Counted from the first letter of the stretch, positions 1-11,124 are shown. The stretch: 46,819 bases of DNA from Thermoanaerobaculia bacterium (GCA_033720955.1 JAWWBN010000002.1:1-46819), one strand, 5' to 3'. The notes: generated by a model not told the origin, from the letters alone. Translations and numbers: made by a program.

Positions 1-2
1 CC

Positions 3-3000
3 GCCCAGGGCATCGACAGCGCCTCCTGGTGGCCGATGCAGCGGCTGGTCTACCGCAACTTCGGCACCCACGAGACCCTGGTGGGCACCTGGACGGTGGA
101 TGTCCTCGCTGCCGGCGACCGCGCCGCGCCGCGCTGGTTCGAGCTGCGCGACAGCGGCGGCTGGACCCTCTACCAGGAGGGCACCCACTCGCCGGATGCC
201 ATCCACCGCTGGATGCCGTCGATCGCCATGGACAACTCCGGCAACATCGCCATCGGCTACAGCCGCGGGGACGGCTCGAACTTCCCCTCGATCTACTACG
301 CCACCCGCGAGACCGGCGACGCCCTCGGCACCCTGCAGGCCGAGGCGCAGATGTACCCCGGCAGCGGCTCGCAGACCCACAGCGCCGCCCGCTGGGGCGA
401 CTACTCCTCCATGGAGCTCGATCCGGCCGACGACTGCACCTTCTGGTACACCAACGAGTACCTGGCGACGACCGGCAGCGCCCCCTGGCGCACCCGGGTC
501 GGCGTCTTCAGCATCCCGGGCTGCGGGGGACCGCCGGTGCCCACCTTCAACGTCTCCTGCTCGCCGTCGGCCTTCACCATCCAGGACGGAGCGAGCGACA
601 GCTCGACCTGCACGGTGGCCGAGGTCAACGGCTACGTCGGCACGGTGAGCCTCTCCTGTCCGGGCGCGCCCGCCGGCATCGGCTGCACCTTCGTCCCGAC
701 CTCGGGGTCGCCGACCTTCAACAGCGCGCTGACCATCGACGTGGCCGGCGGCACCGCGGCCGGCAGCTACAACTTCGACGTCGAGGCCACCGACGGCGCG
801 ATCACCAAGACCTGGGGCCTGGCGGTGGACGTCATCCCGGCGGGCAGCAACGGTCCGCAGGACGCGGTCTACGATCCCGGTCTGGGCGCCCCCAAGTGCG
901 CCGTCGCCGGCAGCGAGTGCGACTCGACGAGCCTGGTCAACAGCCGTGACAGCCTGAGCCCGGCCGAGCCGAATCAGCCCAACACGCTGGACGGCTGCGC
1001 CGACGGGACCTCCGGCACCTATCACAACGACGAGTCCAACGACCGCATCGTCGTGAAGACGCTGGACGGCGGCAACTTCACCGAGGGCGACCTCGTCCAG
1101 ATCGACGCCACCGTGTGGGCCTGGTCGACGGGCTCCTCGGACGCTCTCGACCTCTACTACGCCGCCGACGCCAACAGCCCGAGCTGGCAGTTCATCACCA
1201 CCATCGTGCCGGCGAGTGGCGGCGCGCAGACGCTGTCGGCGCAGTACACCCTCCCCGTCGGCAGCCTGCAGGCGGTGCGGGCCCAGTTCCGCTACCTCGG
1301 CTCGGCCAGCTCCTGCACCACCGGCAGCTACAACGACCACGACGACCTGGTCTTCGCGGTCGAGGCGCCGGGCGGCGGGTGCACGGTGGACGCCGACTGC
1401 GACGACGGCCTCTTCTGCAACGGCGCCGAGGTCTGCAACGCCGGCGCCTGCGAGGCCGGAACGCCTCCGGCCTGCGACGACGGTCTCTTCTGCAACGGCG
1501 CCGAGAGCTGCAACGAGACGACCGACACCTGCGACCCCGGCACTCCGCCGGCCTGCGACGACGGTGAGTTCTGCAACGGCGTCGAGAGCTGCAACGAGTC
1601 CACCGACTCGTGCGACCCCGGCACCCCGCCGGCGTGCGACGACGGTGAGTTCTGCAACGGCGTCGAGAGCTGCAACGAGACGACCGACTCGTGCGACCCC
1701 GGCACCCCGCCGGACGCGGACGACGGCGTCGCCTGCACCGACGACAGTTGCGACGAGGTCAACGACGTCATCGTCAACACGCCCAACGACGCCAACTGCG
1801 ACGACGGCCAGTTCTGCAACGGCTCGGAGACCTGCGACCCGATCCTCGACTGCCAGGCCGGCGCCGATCCATGTCCCGGCCAGAGCTGTGACGAGGTCAA
1901 CGACCAGTGCGTGGCCTGCGGGGTCGACGCCGACTGCGACGACGGCGCCTTCTGCAACGGCGCCGAGGTGTGCAATGCCGGCACCTGCGAGCCGGGCACC
2001 CCGCCGGGCGCGGACGACGGCGTCGCCTGCACCGACGACAGTTGCGACGAGGTCAACGACGTGATCGTCAACGCGCCCAACAACGCCAACTGCGACAACG
2101 GCCAGTTCTGCGACGGCGCGGAGACCTGCGATCCGGTCCTCGACTGCCAGGCGGGCACGCCGCCCAGCGTGGACGACGGCGTGGGCTGCACCGACGACAG
2201 TTGCGACGAGGTCAACGACGTGATCGTCAACGCGCCCAACGACGCCAACTGCGACGACGGGCAGTTCTGCAACGGCTCGGAGACCTGCGATCCGGTCCTC
2301 GACTGCCAGGCGGGCACCGACCCGTGCGGCGGCGGCGCCTGCGACGAGGTCGACGACATCTGTCTGCCGAGCGGCGACCCCGTCTACTGGCTCTCCTTCC
2401 GCAACAACACCTCCGTGCCGGGAGTCGGCACAGTGACCGAGGACGACCTGGTCTCCTACGACGCCGGCACGGGTCTCTGGGCCCTCGAGTTCGACGGCAG
2501 CGACGTCGGCCTCTCGGGCTTCGAGATCGACGGCTTCGCGCGGCTGCCGGGCGGCGATCTGCTGCTGAGCTTCACCGGCGCCGGGACGATTGCCGGCCTC
2601 TCGGTGGACGACTCCGACGTCGTGCGGTTCACGCCGACCTCCCTCGGGAGCACGACCTCGGGGAGCTTCACCCTCTACTTCGACGGCAGCGACGTCGGTC
2701 TCTCCTCCAACGGCGAAGACGTCGACGCGATCGGGCTCGATGCCAGCGGCAACCTGATCGTCTCGACGATCGGCAACTTCAGCGGCAACGGCGCCTCCGG
2801 CGCCGACGAGGACCTCTTCGTCTTCAACGCCACCTCGCTCGGCGCCAACACCGCCGGCTCCTTCACCCGCCTCTTCGACGGCAGCGACGTGGGGCTGGGC
2901 GGCAGCGGCGCCGCGGACATCGACGCGGCGGAGCTGACCTCCGCCGGCACTCTGCTGTTCTCGACCGTCGGCTCCTTCTCCGCCGGCGGAGCGAGTGGCG

Positions 3001-3134
3001 CCGACGAGGACGTCGCGGAGTTCACCGGCACGCTCGGCGACGCCACTTCGGGGACCATCGTCCTGCTCCTGGACCTCACCTCGCTGGGGATCTCCTCGAG
3101 TGAGGACGTGGGCTCGCTGGAGGTCTTCGACTAG
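3..3134 (+). CDS. Large secreted Cys-rich repeat protein, 5' end off-window (propeller-like N part, DDGxFCNGxExC repeats, FDGSDVGL repeats)
   Basis: The frame stays open from nt 3 through the first ATG at 36 to TAG 3132-3134. Nearly every third codon position is G/C. The translation has an RWGDYSS motif, eight xFC(N/D)GxExC units and three CTDDSCDEVNDVIVN units. I recognise no family beyond the repeat architecture. Confidence 0.85.
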   Translation, partial: AQGIDSASWWPMQRLVYRNFGTHETLVGTWTVDVLAAGDRAAPRWFELRDSGGWTLYQEGTHSPDAIHRWMPSIAMDNSGNIAIGYSRGDGSNFPSIYYATRETGDALGTLQAEAQMYPGSGSQTHSAARWGDYSSMELDPADDCTFWYTNEYLATTGSAPWRTRVGVFSIPGCGGPPVPTFNVSCSPSAFTIQDGASDSSTCTVAEVNGYVGTVSLSCPGAPAGIGCTFVPTSGSPTFNSALTIDVAGGTAAGSYNFDVEATDGAITKTWGLAVDVIPAGSNGPQDAVYDPGLGAPKCAVAGSECDSTSLVNSRDSLSPAEPNQPNTLDGCADGTSGTYHNDESNDRIVVKTLDGGNFTEGDLVQIDATVWAWSTGSSDALDLYYAADANSPSWQFITTIVPASGGAQTLSAQYTLPVGSLQAVRAQFRYLGSASSCTTGSYNDHDDLVFAVEAPGGGCTVDADCDDGLFCNGAEVCNAGACEAGTPPACDDGLFCNGAESCNETTDTCDPGTPPACDDGEFCNGVESCNESTDSCDPGTPPACDDGEFCNGVESCNETTDSCDPGTPPDADDGVACTDDSCDEVNDVIVNTPNDANCDDGQFCNGSETCDPILDCQAGADPCPGQSCDEVNDQCVACGVDADCDDGAFCNGAEVCNAGTCEPGTPPGADDGVACTDDSCDEVNDVIVNAPNNANCDNGQFCDGAETCDPVLDCQAGTPPSVDDGVGCTDDSCDEVNDVIVNAPNDANCDDGQFCNGSETCDPVLDCQAGTDPCGGGACDEVDDICLPSGDPVYWLSFRNNTSVPGVGTVTEDDLVSYDAGTGLWALEFDGSDVGLSGFEIDGFARLPGGDLLLSFTGAGTIAGLSVDDSDVVRFTPTSLGSTTSGSFTLYFDGSDVGLSSNGEDVDAIGLDASGNLIVSTIGNFSGNGASGADEDLFVFNATSLGANTAGSFTRLFDGSDVGLGGSGAADIDAAELTSAGTLLFSTVGSFSAGGASGADEDVAEFTGTLGDATSGTIVLLLDLTSLGISSSEDVGSLEVFD
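1380..2363 (+). repeat. In-frame coding repeats for Cys-rich modules, including three near-identical 144-bp copies (1719-1862, 2013-2156, 2172-2315)
   Basis: Direct reading: the string gacgacggcgtcgcctgcaccgacgacagttgcgacgaggtcaacgacgt recurs with only a few substitutions. Shorter 78-81 bp units encode CDDGxFCNGxESCNExTDxCDPGTPPA. Confidence 0.85.
2437..3131 (+). repeat. Degenerate coding repeats of about 65 aa, each ending in FDGSDVGL (C-terminal domain of the same protein)
   Basis: FDGSDVGL occurs three times (LEFDGSDVGLSGFE, LYFDGSDVGLSSNG, RLFDGSDVGLGGSG). Each is preceded by a (D/E)-rich, TSLG, (T/S)(A/S)GSF segment. Confidence 0.5.
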
Positions 3135-3157
3135 AGGTCACGGCTTCGGCGGCGAGA

Positions 3158-3183
3158 CCGGGCCGGGGGCGACCCCGGCCCGG
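3158..3183. terminator. GC-rich hairpin between convergent genes (possible bidirectional terminator)
   Basis: ccgggccgggg (3158-3168), gcga loop, then ccccggcccgg (3173-3183) form a perfect 11-bp stem. It lies 24 nt after the stop at 3134 and 26 nt after the convergent stop at 3209. There is no U-tract, so intrinsic termination is unproven. Confidence 0.45.
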
Positions 3184-3208
3184 CAGCTCCCTCCGCGGGC
3201 GACCGAGC

Positions 3209-3916
3209 TCAGCAGGACGGCCCGACGCCGCGTTCCCGGCGCTGCGCCGCCGTACGGGCGCGGCGGGCCACCCGGCGCGCGTGTCTCAGGGGATTCGGGG
3301 TGCGCACCCTGCCCCGCGAGGCCGCCAGCACCACGGCGATCGCGATCTCGACGTCGGTGCGCCAGGCGGCGTGGACCGCGAGAGGGCGCACGCCCGAGCG
3401 GGTGCGCAGCCAGGCGCCCACCGGCTCGCCTCCGAGGAGAAGGGGGGCCGCGTCTCCCCGGGCGCCGGGAGGCCAGACGCCCTGCGCCAGGAGAGGTCGG
3501 TGGGTGACCCCGACGGTGGGCAGTCCGAGGACGGCGCCGAGGTGCAGCGCCAGCCCGGCCCGCCGAGGGTGGTCGCGGCCGGTGGCGTTGACCAGCAGCA
3601 CGTCCGGCCAGCGGCGCAGCCCGCGCACCGCCCGCTCCAGCAGTGGCCCCTCGCGCAGCGCGAGCATCCCGGCGCGGTAGGGCGCGCGGGAGAAGCCGGA
3701 GGCGCTGGCCAGGAGAACGCGGTGGCCCGCGGTCACCACGGCGGCGCCCGCCCAGCACGGCTCGCCCTCCGGTCCGGCGGCGGGCATGCCGCGGGGGAAG
3801 CAGATGAAACAGGCGCCGACCGAGATCCGGGCCGGCGCCGCCCAGCACGGCGGCTCCTCGGTGGCCAGCCGGAGCTGCTCCTCGGTCAGCTCCGGCTCGG
3901 AAGCGGGCCAGGTCAC
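3209..3916 (-). CDS. nfi: Endonuclease V
   Basis: APYRAGMLALREGP matches the YvPGlLaFREgP motif. NATGRDHPRRAGLALHLGAVLGLPTVGV matches the DGqGxxHPRrxGxAsHlGvxxxxPtIGvaK motif of the Nfi family. The size, 235 aa, is appropriate. Confidence 0.85.
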   Translation of the reverse strand: MTWPASEPELTEEQLRLATEEPPCWAAPARISVGACFICFPRGMPAAGPEGEPCWAGAAVVTAGHRVLLASASGFSRAPYRAGMLALREGPLLERAVRGLRRWPDVLLVNATGRDHPRRAGLALHLGAVLGLPTVGVTHRPLLAQGVWPPGARGDAAPLLLGGEPVGAWLRTRSGVRPLAVHAAWRTDVEIAIAVVLAASRGRVRTPNPLRHARRVARRARTAAQRRERGVGPSC

Positions 3917-4271
3917 GACCGCCAGGATAGCTCCTGCCGGACCCCTGTCGCGCCGGCGCGGGGACCGTGGGGCCAGCCGCCTACGGGCAGGCGTCGGCCG
4001 GGAACGGCTCCCCGGGGTCGGTGACCGGGCGCATTCCGGGTCGGCGTCCTCACGCCGGGACGATACTCGCCGGGACCGCGACCGCCGGGGGTATCCTCTC
4101 TTCGTGGAACGCGCCGTCTCGAGGCTGTCCGCGGAAGCGCTCGCGGTCCACGACGAGAGCGCCGCCGCCCGGGGAGACCGCCGGCGCTTCCCCGCTTCTC
4201 ACTTCTTCTCTCGGGGCGGCCGGAGCCGGGTCGGGCGCCGGTCGCGGGTCTGACGGGCGAGGGGACCGCGA

Positions 4272-7238
4272 ATGGACGGACGGCTCGGCGACGCCCTGGC
4301 GCAGATCGACCATCGAACCGGGGGCGGGCTGCGTACCGACCGGCTCTCCCGGGTCCTCTACTCGACCGACGCCTCGATCTATCAGGTCGAGCCCGTGGCG
4401 GTGCTGCTGCCGAGAAGCGTCGAGGAGGTGCACGCGGCGGTGGAGGTCGCCCTGGAGAACGACCTGCCGGTTCTCGTGCGCGGCGCCGGCTCGAGCCTGG
4501 CGGGCCAGGCGGTGAACCGCGCCCTGGTGCTCGACACCACGCGTCATCTCGATCGGATCCTGGAGCTCGATCGGGACCGCCGAACGGTCAGGGTGGAGCC
4601 CGGGATCGTCCTCGACGAGCTCAACCGCCGCCTGGCGCCCAGCGGGCTGCAGTTCGGGCCCGACCCGGCCTCCTCCGACCGGGCGGCGCTCGGCGGCGTG
4701 GTGTCCAACAACTCGACCGGAGCGCACTCGATCCTCTACGGCATGACCGCCGACCACGTCCTCGAGATGGGGGTGATCCTCTCCGACGGCTCGGCGGCGC
4801 GGCTCGCCCCGCTCGACGCCCGAGCCCTGGCCACGAAGCGGGCCGGCACCGGCCTCGAGGCCAGGATCACCGACCGGCTCGCCGCGCTCGTCGAGGATCC
4901 CGCGGGCCGGGAGGTCGTTCTCGCGGCCACGCCGCGCCACTGGCGTCGCTGCGGCGGCTACAACCTGGACCGGCTGGTCGCCCCCGACGACACGGAGCGC
5001 CCCTCCTTCCGCTGGCCGCGGTCCGGCGAGCCCGACCGCCGCTTCAACCTGGCGCGGCTGGTTTGTGGCGGGGAAGGGGGCCTGGCGGTGATCACCGACG
5101 TGACCCTGGGGCTGGTGCCGCGGCCCGCCGCGACCGCTCTCGCCCTGGTGAGCTTCGACCGTCTCGGCGACGCGATGGCGGCGGTGCCCGCCCTGCTGGA
5201 GTGCGAGCCGGCGGCGGTGGAGCTGCTCGACCGCATGGCGATCCGTCTCTGCCGCGGGGTGCCGCGGTACGCGCGGCTGCTCGCCGGCTTCCTGGAGGGC
5301 GATCCCGACTGCGTGCTGATCGTCGAGATGGCGGGCGAGCGCCCGGCCGAGCTCGCCGGACGGATCGACCGTCTGGCGATGCATGCGGGGCGCGCCACGG
5401 CGGCGGCGGGAGTCACGCCGGTGCTCGATCCGGCACGGCAGGCGGACGTCTGGACGGTGCGCAAGGTGGGGCTGGGGCTGCTGATGAGTCGCAAGGGCGA
5501 CAAGAAGCCCATCCCCTTCATCGAGGACGCGGCCGTCCCCGTGGAGCACCTGGCCGCCTACGTGGCCGAGATCGACCGCTTTTGTGGCGAGCGCGGCACC
5601 GAGGTGGCCTACTACGGCCACGCCAGCGCCGGCTGCGTCCACGTGCGGCCGCTGGTGGACACGAAGCGGGCGGAGGAGCTGGCGAAGCTGCAGGAGATCA
5701 CCGCCTTCTCGGTGGAGCTGCTGCGCGGCCACGGCGGCTCGCTGTCGAGCGAGCACGGCGACGGCCGGGTTCGGAGCTGGATCAACGAGCGCTTCTTCGG
5801 GCCCGACCTCTACCGGCTCTACCGCCGGGTCAAGGAGATCTTCGATCCGCGCAACCTGTTCAATCCCGGGACGGTGGTGAACGGTCCCCCCGTGGACGAG
5901 GGGCTGCGCTTCGGCGCCGGCTACCGCTCGCTGCCTGTTGCCACGCGCTCCGACTGGAGCGACGAGCTGGGCTTCGACCGCGCCGTCGAGATGTGCAACG
6001 GCGCCGGCGTCTGCCGCAAGACCACGGGCACGATGTGCCCCAGCTTCATGGTGACCCGGGAGGAGGAGCACTCCACCCGCGGACGGGCCAACGCCCTGCG
6101 GGCGGTCCTGTCGGGGCGCCTGCCGGCGTCCGAGCTGACGGGCCGGAGGCTCTACGACGCCATGGACCTCTGCATCTCCTGCAAGGGGTGCAAGGCGGAG
6201 TGTCCCTCCTCGGTGGACATGGCGCGGATCAAGACGGAGTTTCTGGCCGGTTACCACGCCGCCCGGGGAGTGCCCGTCCGTGACCGGCTCTTCGGCGGCA
6301 TCGGGACGGCGGCGCGCGCCCTGGCCGGGCCGATGGCCCCGGCGGTCAACGCGCTGCTCGGCGCGGGACCGTCGCGATGGCTGGTCGAGCGCGCCCTGGG
6401 CGTCTCCTCGCGACGGCCGCCGCCCCGCTTCGCGCGGCGTCCGTGGGAGGCGTGGTGGCGGCGGCGAGGCGGCTCCCACGTCTCCACCGAGGATTCGCGG
6501 GGACGGGTGGTCCTGCTGGTCGACACGTTCGCGAACTATCTTCACCCCGAGGTGGGGATCGCCGCCACGGAGCTGATCGAGGCGGCGGGCTTCGAGGTGA
6601 TCCCTTCGCGGCACGGCTGCTGCGGCCGGCCGATGCTGTCGAAGGGGCTGGTGGAGGAGGCCCGGGTCGCGGTGCGCGCCACCCTCCGGGCGCTGGCCCC
6701 GGCCGCCGAGTCGGGTCTGCCCATCGTCGGCCTCGAGCCCTCCTGTCTGCTGACCCTGCGCGACGAGGCGCGCTGGCTGCTGCCCGGAGACCCGCGGGTG
6801 GCGCCGGTGGCGGCGCGGGCCCAGCTCTTCGAGGAGTGGATCGCCGCCCACGCCGGGCCGGACCGCCGCCCCCTCCCCTTCGCCGGCCCTCCCCGCCGGC
6901 TCCTGCTCCACGGCCACTGCCATCAGAAGGCGCTCGCCGGCACCGGCGCGGCCCGCCACGCCCTGACCCTGCCGCCGGGCTGGCAGGTGGAGGAGGTGGA
7001 TTCCGGCTGCTGCGGAATGGCCGGCTCCTTCGGGTACGAGCGCGAGCACTACGAGCTGTCGATCGCGATGGCCGAGCGGCGGCTGGCCCCCGCGGTGCGC
7101 GACGCGGACCGCGACACGCTGGTGGTGGCCGGCGGCACTTCGTGCCGGGAGCAGATCGTGCACACCACCGGCCGTCGGCCTCTGCACCCCGCCCAGGCGC
7201 TGCGGCTGGCGCTGCCAGCGAAGGCGGAGCTGCTATAG
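4272..7238 (+). CDS. FAD-binding oxidase fused to Fe-S/CCG domains (YdiJ-like, GlcD-GlcF type oxidoreductase)
   Basis: 988 aa. It has an N-terminal FAD_binding_4-like segment (LPVLVRGAGSSLAGQAV). Ferredoxin-type motifs CNGAGVCRK..MCPS and CISCKGCKAECPS follow, then two CCG motifs (HGCCGRP, SGCCGMAGSFGY). An in-frame TGA lies 21 nt upstream of the ATG, and gagggga sits 7 nt upstream as an RBS. Confidence 0.9.
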   Translation: MDGRLGDALAQIDHRTGGGLRTDRLSRVLYSTDASIYQVEPVAVLLPRSVEEVHAAVEVALENDLPVLVRGAGSSLAGQAVNRALVLDTTRHLDRILELDRDRRTVRVEPGIVLDELNRRLAPSGLQFGPDPASSDRAALGGVVSNNSTGAHSILYGMTADHVLEMGVILSDGSAARLAPLDARALATKRAGTGLEARITDRLAALVEDPAGREVVLAATPRHWRRCGGYNLDRLVAPDDTERPSFRWPRSGEPDRRFNLARLVCGGEGGLAVITDVTLGLVPRPAATALALVSFDRLGDAMAAVPALLECEPAAVELLDRMAIRLCRGVPRYARLLAGFLEGDPDCVLIVEMAGERPAELAGRIDRLAMHAGRATAAAGVTPVLDPARQADVWTVRKVGLGLLMSRKGDKKPIPFIEDAAVPVEHLAAYVAEIDRFCGERGTEVAYYGHASAGCVHVRPLVDTKRAEELAKLQEITAFSVELLRGHGGSLSSEHGDGRVRSWINERFFGPDLYRLYRRVKEIFDPRNLFNPGTVVNGPPVDEGLRFGAGYRSLPVATRSDWSDELGFDRAVEMCNGAGVCRKTTGTMCPSFMVTREEEHSTRGRANALRAVLSGRLPASELTGRRLYDAMDLCISCKGCKAECPSSVDMARIKTEFLAGYHAARGVPVRDRLFGGIGTAARALAGPMAPAVNALLGAGPSRWLVERALGVSSRRPPPRFARRPWEAWWRRRGGSHVSTEDSRGRVVLLVDTFANYLHPEVGIAATELIEAAGFEVIPSRHGCCGRPMLSKGLVEEARVAVRATLRALAPAAESGLPIVGLEPSCLLTLRDEARWLLPGDPRVAPVAARAQLFEEWIAAHAGPDRRPLPFAGPPRRLLLHGHCHQKALAGTGAARHALTLPPGWQVEEVDSGCCGMAGSFGYEREHYELSIAMAERRLAPAVRDADRDTLVVAGGTSCREQIVHTTGRRPLHPAQALRLALPAKAELL

Positions 7239-7324
7239 TTTCGAAAGATTCCGAAGACAGGACGCTGCCGTCGGTCGACGGCCGCCGATGGTTCTCGTCC
7301 TTTTTTGTCGGAGAAGGAGGGGAG

Positions 7325-8242
7325 ATGAAGAGAGTCGTGGGCGTAGCGATTCTGGTCGCGCTGTCGTTCGGTGGCGGTGTGCACGCGGAGCGGCTGGACA
7401 ACGCGGCCATCGTTCAGCTTCATCAGCTCGGCTTTTCGGTCGAGGTGATCCTGGCGAAGATCCGCACGGAGCCCTGCGAGTTCGATACCTCGACCGAGGC
7501 GCTCGGAGAGCTCCTCGAGGCAGGGGTGCCGCAGGAGGTCATCGCGGAGATGATCAATCCCGGTCGGGCGGCGGCGGCGCCGGCGGTACCCCCGACCGCC
7601 GCGCCGGGGAGCATCCATGTGGTCACTCAGCGGCAGGCAGGCGTCGCTTCACGGGTGGCCGCGAACTTCGCGGGCACGCCATGCAATGGTCTGCGGCCGG
7701 GCATCTACTACGAGGGGCTCGACGAGCCGATGCGAATCCGGGGTCGCAAGGCGTCCAGCGAAGGCGGGAGCAGCAATGCGGTGACCCACCTGACCAAGGG
7801 CATCATCGGCCAGAAGAGGTACGCCTACCTGAACGGTGTCACGGCCACTCAGCAGATCCAGGGCCGCAATCCCGTCTTCCTCTTCTGTTTCGAAGAGGCC
7901 GAGGCCGGTCTGGCACACGAGACCGAGGGATCGTCTACTCCGGAAGACTTCATCCTGGCGCAGTTGGAGATTCGATCGAAAAAGGGCCTGCGGCGGATGC
8001 AGACGGGGAAGCACAACTTCTGGACCGGAAGCCGGTCGGGGACCAAGCTCAAGTGGCTGGTGCAGTTCGCCGTCGAAGAGCTGGCAGCCGGCGTCTACCG
8101 GGTAGAGCCCATCGGAGCGATGAGTCCGGGCGAGTACGCCTTCTACGTATCGCCGGAGACGACCAAGGGAAGCGTCTACTTCTTCGGCGTCTCGATCTCC
8201 GACACCCCCGGGAGGTTCTACGACTTCGGTTACGTCGGCTGA
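7325..8242 (+). CDS. Hypothetical secreted protein
   Basis: ATG is preceded by ggagaaggagggg. Signal-peptide-like N-terminus MKRVVGVAILVALSFGGGVHA. A duplicated helical motif is present (AAIVQLHQLGFSVEVILAKI and ALGELLEAGVPQEVIAEMI). The upstream part of the 621-aa ORF (6377-7324) overlaps the preceding gene and is Arg/Gly/Pro junk. Confidence 0.75.
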   Translation: MKRVVGVAILVALSFGGGVHAERLDNAAIVQLHQLGFSVEVILAKIRTEPCEFDTSTEALGELLEAGVPQEVIAEMINPGRAAAAPAVPPTAAPGSIHVVTQRQAGVASRVAANFAGTPCNGLRPGIYYEGLDEPMRIRGRKASSEGGSSNAVTHLTKGIIGQKRYAYLNGVTATQQIQGRNPVFLFCFEEAEAGLAHETEGSSTPEDFILAQLEIRSKKGLRRMQTGKHNFWTGSRSGTKLKWLVQFAVEELAAGVYRVEPIGAMSPGEYAFYVSPETTKGSVYFFGVSISDTPGRFYDFGYVG

Positions 8243-8244
8243 CC

Positions 8245-9645
<1,401 letters not shown>

Positions 9646-9825
9646 CGTCGCCTCCTTTCGGCTGGCGTCACCCTACGCCCGCCAGCGGGCGGCCGTCTTG
9701 GAAAAAAAGTCACCGGCCGGTTGGAGCTCCTCGAGCACGAGGGGGACGGCTTCCGGGCGGTGGGAGGATAACCCGGCCCGGGGGCCGCGTCCGGCGCCGT
9801 TCGGGTCCCGAGCGAGTGGGCCGGG

Positions 9826-11124
9826 CTAGCCGCCCGCCGCCGCCGCACGGACGCACTCGCCGTGGGTCGCGACGCGGTCGAGGGCGGCGCAGGCGTCGAT
9901 GAGAGGCGGAGCGGGAGGGTTGCCCGGGCGCCGCCGGGAGGTGTCGAGAAGCACCCGCCGCAGCGGCTCGGAGCCGAGCTTGGGAGCCTTCTCGAGCAGC
10001 AGGGCGAGCACCCCGCTGGCGTGGGCCGCCGCGAAGGAGCTGCCGGAGAAGAACTCGAAGCCGTCGCCCGGCACGGTGGTCAGGATGTCGTCCCCCGGGG
10101 CGGCCAGCTCGGCCCCCGGCCCGAGGTCCCCTGCCGCCTCCTCCGAGGAGACCGCCAGCACCCCGGGAACCGAGGCCGGGAACGCCACGGCTCCGCCGCG
10201 GGTCCAGTAGGCGCTGACGACGGTGATCCCCTCGCCGATGGCGGCGGCGATGAGCCGCTCGAGCAGCGGGTCGGAGGGTCCGGCCAGGCTCAGGTTGAGG
10301 ATGTCGGGCCGGCGCTCCACGGCAAAGGCCAGGGCCTTCGCCAGGGTGAAGCTGCTGCAGGCGCCGGCCGGCTCTCCGCTGACCGGCTGCCAGCAGGCGC
10401 GCAGCGCGAGGACGCGGGCCCCGGGCGCCACCCCCACCGTACCGAAGCCGTTGTTGGCGCGCGAGGCGATGACCCCCGCCACGGCGGTGCCGTGCAGCTC
10501 GGCCGCCCCGCCTCGGGGAGGACGGCTGGTGACGAAGTCCCGGGTCAGCGCCACGTTCGCGGCGAGGTCCGGGTGCCGGCGGTCCACCCCGGTGTCGATC
10601 AGCGCCACGGTGACGCCGCGGCCCGCGGTCCAGGCGTGGGCGGGCCAGACGCGCATCGCGCCAAGACCGTGCTGCAAGTCGGCGTAGGGGTCGTCGTACC
10701 GCCCCTTCACCTCGAACCGGTGCATCGGCTGCGCCGACTCGACCCGCGGATCGGCCGCCAGGAGCTCGACCAGGTCGGCGATGGACCGGCCCGGAGCGGC
10801 CTCGTAGACGACGCAGTAGATCCCGAGCGGCCGGACCGGCCAGCCCTCCCGCCGCTCGAGGCCGTAGTCCCGGGCGATCGCGGCGATGGCCCGACGGGTG
10901 CGGGGCGAGAGGGAGTAGCCGGAGGTGCCCGCATAGGCGCGGGAGGAGGTTCCGGCGCCGCGAAGCGGCGCGAGCGAGCCGCGCTCGAGGGTCACCAGGA
11001 TCTGCCGGTCGAGCGCCTCCTCTCCCATGCCGGGGTCGGTCGCTGCGGCCGGGGCGACGGGGGTGGTGGCGCAGCCGAGGCTGGCCGCGAGCAGGGTTCC
11101 CGTCAGGATCGCGAGCCTCATCAT
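9826..11124 (-). CDS. S8 family (subtilisin-like) serine peptidase
   Basis: The catalytic triad motifs are all present: VALIDTGVD (Asp), HGTAVAGVIAS (His), SGSSFAAAHASGVLALL (Ser). Signal/lipobox-like N-terminus LAILTGTLLAASLGC. Confidence 0.9.
   Translation of the reverse strand: MMRLAILTGTLLAASLGCATTPVAPAAATDPGMGEEALDRQILVTLERGSLAPLRGAGTSSRAYAGTSGYSLSPRTRRAIAAIARDYGLERREGWPVRPLGIYCVVYEAAPGRSIADLVELLAADPRVESAQPMHRFEVKGRYDDPYADLQHGLGAMRVWPAHAWTAGRGVTVALIDTGVDRRHPDLAANVALTRDFVTSRPPRGGAAELHGTAVAGVIASRANNGFGTVGVAPGARVLALRACWQPVSGEPAGACSSFTLAKALAFAVERRPDILNLSLAGPSDPLLERLIAAAIGEGITVVSAYWTRGGAVAFPASVPGVLAVSSEEAAGDLGPGAELAAPGDDILTTVPGDGFEFFSGSSFAAAHASGVLALLLEKAPKLGSEPLRRVLLDTSRRRPGNPPAPPLIDACAALDRVATHGECVRAAAAGG

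Noticed and set aside
4050-7187. 1045-aa ORF on the minus strand
   Set aside because: It lies entirely antisense to the well-supported YdiJ-like FAD/Fe-S gene. Its translation is Arg/Gly/Pro/Ala-rich low-complexity sequence with no motifs. This is the typical stop-codon-poor shadow ORF of a high-GC gene.
6377-7324. N-terminal 316 codons of the 621-aa ORF
   Set aside because: It overlaps the 3' end of the YdiJ-like gene in another frame and is Arg/Gly/Pro-rich. A good RBS and a signal peptide begin at 7325.
7239-7324. Possible intrinsic terminator (gccgtcg gt cgacggc palindrome and a downstream T6 run) after the YdiJ-like gene
   Set aside because: The palindrome leaves essentially no loop, and the T-run is about 20 nt away from it and adjacent to the next RBS. 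This is not convincing as a terminator.
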